This document shows positions 57,901 to 59,939 of a stretch of 59,939 nt of DNA, piece after piece (positions within the stretch are counted from its first letter, which is position 1; each line of letters opens with the position of its first letter). The stretch spans positions 1-59,939 of the IMG/VR virus record IMGVR_UViG_3300032313_001910; one strand, written 5' to 3'. The notes beneath the pieces were generated by a model, which worked only from the letters and a program-made list of their open reading frames with translations, searched no databases and was not told the DNA's origin. The DNA comes from a virus (lineage: Duplodnaviria; Caudoviricetes). A program made the translations under genes and the position numbers.

Positions 57901-58734
57901 GGAGACCAAGCATTTGATATTGAAAGTGACTCAGAGGAAAATGTTTATATCACAGGATCTTATACAGGAACAGCATATTTTTCTCCAGAGGAGGTTAATT
58001 CAAGGGGTGGAACTGATATCTATTTAACCAAGTTCAATAAAGACGGAACTTTGGTTGATATAGTTACTGCTGGTGGAGTTAGTAACGATAGGGGAGCAGA
58101 TCTAGTTTTAGACGAAGAAGAAAACATTTACATAACTGGATACTTTACTGGATCAGGTGCGGATTTTTCTCCTTTTGTGACCTCCTCTCCTCAGGGTGGA
58201 GCAATTGATGCCTTTTTAGGTAAAATACCAAAGGAAAGATTTCACTCAGGTCTTAAAATTGGCTCTGTTCAATCCTGGTTGGGATCACATTCTTGGTCTT
58301 GGAAGGAAGAAAAATTGTACGAGCAAGAATTTGAGATACCTTTAGCCTCTACTATATTTATAAACCCTATAGATTCATTAATACCAGGGAAGAAAAACCA
58401 TATATGGTCTCTTGTTGATACGGAATCAGGGGAAGAGGTGGTTAGAGTAAGAAAAACTCCATATTTTATCTGGACCTTTCTGAAGCCCGGTTTTTACACC
58501 ATTTCTTGTCAGCTACAAGACGCGAATGGAAATCTTTATGAAACCACACACAAAGGAAAAATTCGCGTTATAGATCACAAAACGCCTTTTGCTGGGGATT
58601 TAACTCCTGAGGTTGTAAATCCAGAAGACTTCTTAAAAAGAAGCATCTATGAAAACAGAAGAGAAGCTGGATTTCCCCCTCTTTCTAGGTTCATTATAGA
58701 TTCTCCTCCTCAAATACAAGAAAATACTATATGA
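51934..58734 (+). CDS. Large baseplate wedge/receptor-binding protein (gp7-like position) with beta-propeller domains
   Basis: Follows the gp25- and gp6-like genes. N-terminal YLGSYKSLFNAIKFFGY; Reg_prop-like blades (YDTNNSGIPSNDVYSIELD..KWIGTSSGL) at about 55540-56370; SBBP-like blades (DSEENVYITGSY, DIFVIKL..GKLVW) at about 56960-58230; PKD-like C-terminus. Confidence 0.7.
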   Translation: MNIQNLLFFDKKGDRYNFQWNGNYWEGAVLFPLVAERLFEIEHVFVIEKFINASTLETEYGFPHEDTTSPSTPVWRTRWESDYDGQTDVSSIIYTYELGIDPELDAPYLVKGTSIEVYPEVVPGDTVDSPTGIVITSQITSSSMQINIALNSTTEGIYDRTLILEDYTDSNNPVTILKLSFHGEVEGEDSRLSVLLSNFGRQFTEADSLITRETDPKEPLPDWTVVNRKRKELLLTGESIFPYLGSYKSLFNAIKFFGYYDLKIKEYWLNVKIDSADVLTPLQQNSKVLKQLNLGLNKSSELIDNLLRDENEGKFKQVEVYGKKSDGTFGLKKQYEQIFPSKSYKKTSLFGLFYDINRVVEDQEEDQFGYPVVEDVFLFSPEEVLIKLFGLKERLKQDYLPLNARIVDITGEGVYFNIYKTRGWVDQLKIDEVRSGIEVDFTVFPENGFIEDLRVFYTKPNQQGLLYPAVEGTEPGISYLGNTIEPYSFFQKYPISNIPDLANSITGFYQKIEDGTLPKFLGDGDFDPPTYKLFSTGEDHFFPAGFPVVLTNKTFDLSWGEMSGNWETLDPNFLSTVLDIANYTSTLVDNPGYPLSLVTSSSILDLDSVNIPQAVTINIGTGNNWFSATSPEVLLIRIESVSSPGNLLLGYVSQGDYNTLTGDLIIRPTYIRGGGAYSSWYVIPTNISSSSYVFNYYENWFKSGGFYSWERLPYLDFYEIEWTISKEDASPYFFQIRGGLPDLDVLPHFLPYTGEYTVQCRVWDTLNAISLGIKKNVIKVEKRGIELNTLTRFRKSEIYNFDNMPLQWDSYPSQWIFPVENTDTIKDLSDYISNFPEYSNNFNEGQSCEVLVDIPEVRATCTFDIGVFQVDITSIVSTFTGTGYTFAIVTTTTNHSFSSGSQVWIYDSSGNPYGSFPITVLSPNTFEIPQIVISPITGAYVYGSGTIKVIADGLEIASVTFQGDIESTASLIYSTINSSPLFPKYKVISLTDSTVPNYKTFVLQAPNNTGVIWNGKLVSVPVTGSLLSNPGSVLFNGGVNQTQSYVPFDFTSYPNPKMKLWGTKGISWDAFEDFEFTKAYAHTWDMFDYHNDWLGGFSLYSLQYGDRVRVTSLTNGVVLGETDSPSNNYLDLTEAADQLNQSPDENISRFNYVVRGYSDLPLYYNDNGNPISPDLSTNPGPKNILSSFSKIPTYSPVLFTPTSIAWDGDGDIWVTGEDVIKFDGINFTTYDSSNSPLPGVGLLTNCIKIDRNDVKWIGIENDLIPLVKIDERDPSQSVAYSVNDFIDNGGNPVVYGVPSSIRVIEINPQTGDVFAAFISGSSPSYDGLLYYDGYAKSWSLLTPSNSNLSSATIRDLRLQYYDINKWYLWIATDQGLSRFNGIDFKNYDTNNSGIPSNDVYSIELDKLNHKWIGTSSGLVYWDHLRWAVWNNSTNPELSSGNITNIVETGNANIWFVVDPVSSPGDNELYFFDGYYFTKVLYRNDGTSLISPCPNFYGKSALSAPWKTIKNGETTYPKNLIFVTNQGEIGKLDYIIPYIHATSKFAGTPGWDFVYHETSIPLPAIQYVYNSGIGISQLNFNFIVGPLYDNITLNSDITRPVMPSVDRYSWSKPIWQRYNIDYLKNQFPSLDLDNVFLYAPLRDIIKGKATKEAYWRNSQIERIAQKQSRDLFENFEWIITLGNTSVDQGVKVTVDTEGDIIVIGDYNGSIFMGEVNNIGTQDVYLNSVDPSVFVAKYNKVGVIQWARAINPSLGSQLNARSIITDDNSNIYVVLDDSITGFIQINKYNSSGVLLNTINVPVFPVQLLADIKVDLYENLYICGEFEGALSLGTFNLNSIGLSSGFLAKLDATLNFVWAKKLETTSFSSGLELGILKEDYLYVTGIFTTDVDLGPIVLSGPGAPDMFVGKFSTSDGSCLWAESFAYDSSTSFGNSSITVDPKGHVLVTGSFSGTIEIENKTLSSFPSTTDIFVIKLLSTGKLVWMKMCGGASGDQAFDIESDSEENVYITGSYTGTAYFSPEEVNSRGGTDIYLTKFNKDGTLVDIVTAGGVSNDRGADLVLDEEENIYITGYFTGSGADFSPFVTSSPQGGAIDAFLGKIPKERFHSGLKIGSVQSWLGSHSWSWKEEKLYEQEFEIPLASTIFINPIDSLIPGKKNHIWSLVDTESGEEVVRVRKTPYFIWTFLKPGFYTISCQLQDANGNLYETTHKGKIRVIDHKTPFAGDLTPEVVNPEDFLKRSIYENRREAGFPPLSRFIIDSPPQIQENTI

Positions 58735-59297
58735 CACGGGAGGAATTTATCAAGATATTAAATAAGAAGAAATACTCCTATGAAATGGAAGGGAACGAGA
58801 TCCTAGTGACTCACCAGGAGAATCTCTATTTGAGCTCCCTCGAGAGTCTCCCACCTGGTGTCCGGTTTCAGAACCAGGGTGATGTCAGGTTGGACTCTCT
58901 CAAGAGCCTGCCACCTGGTGTCCAGTTCCAGAACCAGGGTTATGTCAATTTGCCCTCCCTCAAGAGCCTGCCACCTGGTGTCCGGTTTGAGAACAAGGGT
59001 GATGTCTATTTGAACTCCCTCGAGAGTCTCCCACCTGGTGTCCGGTTTCAGAACCAGGGTGATGTCAGGTTGGACTCTCTCAAGAGCCTGCCACCTGGTT
59101 TCCGGTTTGAGAACCAGGGTGATGTCTGGTTGGGCTCTCTCAAGAGCCTGCCACCTGGTTTCCGGTTTGAGAACCAGGGTGATGTCTGGTTGGGCTCTCT
59201 AGTGGGGGGTTGGTTTGACGAGTGGGCGGGAAATATAGAGGGAGTGGATCACAAGAGGCTATTGCATCTGATGGTAGATAAAAAGTTATTCGTATGA
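58731..59297 (+). CDS. Small leucine-rich-repeat protein, copy 1 (6.5 x 20-aa repeats)
   Basis: Repeat GDVxLxSLKSLPPGVRFEN[QK] between conserved N- and C-caps; ATGA coupling to the upstream gene. Confidence 0.85.
   Translation: MTREEFIKILNKKKYSYEMEGNEILVTHQENLYLSSLESLPPGVRFQNQGDVRLDSLKSLPPGVQFQNQGYVNLPSLKSLPPGVRFENKGDVYLNSLESLPPGVRFQNQGDVRLDSLKSLPPGFRFENQGDVWLGSLKSLPPGFRFENQGDVWLGSLVGGWFDEWAGNIEGVDHKRLLHLMVDKKLFV
58812..59200 (+). repeat. 60-bp tandem repeat array in LRR copy 1
   Basis: Successive 60-nt lines 58801-59220 align almost exactly. Confidence 0.95.
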
Positions 59298-59800
59298 CAC
59301 AAGAGGAGTTTGAACAAGTATTAAAGAAAGAGAAATACTCCTTCAGGAGAGCAGGAGACGAGATCCTGGTGACGCACCAAGGGAATGTCTGGTTGGACTC
59401 CCTCGAGAGTCTCCCACCTGGTGTCCGGTTTCAGAACCAGGGTTATGTCTGGTTGGACTCTCTCAAGAGCCTGCCATCTGATGTCCGGTTTGAGAACAAG
59501 GGTGATGTCTGGTTGGGCTCTCTCGAGAGAGTCCCACCTGGTGTCCGGTTTGAGAACAAGGGTGATGTCAATTTGCCCTCCCTCAAGAGCCTGCCACCGG
59601 GTGTCCGGTTTGAGAACAAGGGTGATGTCGGTTTGCACTCCCTCGAGAGCCTGCCATCTGGTGTCCGGTTTGAGAACAAGGGTGATGTCTGGTTGGACAC
59701 TCTGGTGGGGGGTTGGTTTAAGGGATGGAAATGCAATATAGAGGGAGTGAATACCAAGAGGCTATTGCACCTGATGATAGATAAAAGCTTATTCGTATGA
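59294..59800 (+). CDS. Small leucine-rich-repeat protein, copy 2 (5.5 repeats)
   Basis: Same caps (MTQEEF..ILVTHQ; LVGGWF..W..NIEGV..KRLLHLM.DK.LFV) and same repeats as copy 1. Confidence 0.85.
   Translation: MTQEEFEQVLKKEKYSFRRAGDEILVTHQGNVWLDSLESLPPGVRFQNQGYVWLDSLKSLPSDVRFENKGDVWLGSLERVPPGVRFENKGDVNLPSLKSLPPGVRFENKGDVGLHSLESLPSGVRFENKGDVWLDTLVGGWFKGWKCNIEGVNTKRLLHLMIDKSLFV
59375..59703 (+). repeat. 60-bp tandem repeat array in LRR copy 2
   Basis: Same module as in copy 1. Confidence 0.95.
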
Positions 59801-59939
59801 CACAAGAGGAGTTTGTACAAGTATTAAAGAAGGGGGAATATTCCTTCAGGAGAGTAGGGGACGAGATCGTTGTGACGCACCAAGGGAATGTCTGGTTGGA
59901 CTCCCTCGAGAGTCTCCCACCTGGTGTCCGGTTCGAGAA
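59797..59939 (+). CDS. Small leucine-rich-repeat protein, copy 3, 3'-truncated by the window edge
   Basis: Hand translation MTQEEFVQVLKKGEYSFRRVGDEIVVTHQGNVWLDSLESLPPGVRFE; ATGA overlap with the copy 2 stop. Confidence 0.85.
   Translation, partial: MTQEEFVQVLKKGEYSFRRVGDEIVVTHQGNVWLDSLESLPPGVRFE

Noticed and set aside
51934-58734. Ser-Pro dipeptides (about 20) as a glycosylation sequon
   Set aside because: The protein is rich in both Ser and Pro, and the apparent excess is modest without a proper count.
58812-59703. 60-bp repeats as a CRISPR array, and the alternative-frame ORFs 59321..59638, 59385..59741 and 59443..59820 as genes
   Set aside because: There are no spacers. The other frames stay open only because the repeated module lacks stops; only the LRR frame has conserved caps and ATGA coupling.
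1-59939. Stop-codon reassignment, as in some large phages
   Set aside because: Genes are long and densely packed in code 11, and TAG (e.g. 15541, 45894) and TGA (e.g. 27175, 48335) end genes at sensible boundaries.

Overview
A 60-kb piece of a large T4-like (myovirus, probably jumbo/huge) phage genome. It uses the standard genetic code, is AT-rich and almost lacks Shine-Dalgarno motifs; a Bacteroidota host is inferred but not proven. Left to right it contains: (1) the 3' part of a prohead scaffold/protease gene with 14-aa repeats and a gp23-like major capsid protein; (2) a cluster of probable internal head proteins sharing a T4-like capsid-targeting motif (..[FY]xxF[IL]NE), including an almost pure Asp/Glu protein, interleaved with a P-loop kinase, an AsnB-like amidotransferase and a RimK ligase fused to a retropepsin-like protease; (3) an HNH endonuclease beside a truncated glycosyltransferase, then a ~15-kb, 20-gene glycan synthesis and modification cluster (GT-A enzymes, GT10, gmd, fcl, DegT, WbqC, methyltransferases, acetyltransferase, 2OG-Fe dioxygenase, SIS isomerase); (4) baseplate and neck genes (gp53-, hub-, gp5-, gp13-, gp25-, gp6- and gp7-like), with a ribosomal protein S1 homolog, an amidoligase, a GIY-YIG remnant and a PD-(D/E)xK endonuclease embedded among them; (5) at the right edge, a GC-rich tandem array of at least three small leucine-rich-repeat genes built from near-identical 60-bp modules with hypervariable residues. 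A recurrent RATATATA motif just upstream of many genes is the likely late promoter. All functional calls come from motif recognition by eye; no database searches were run.
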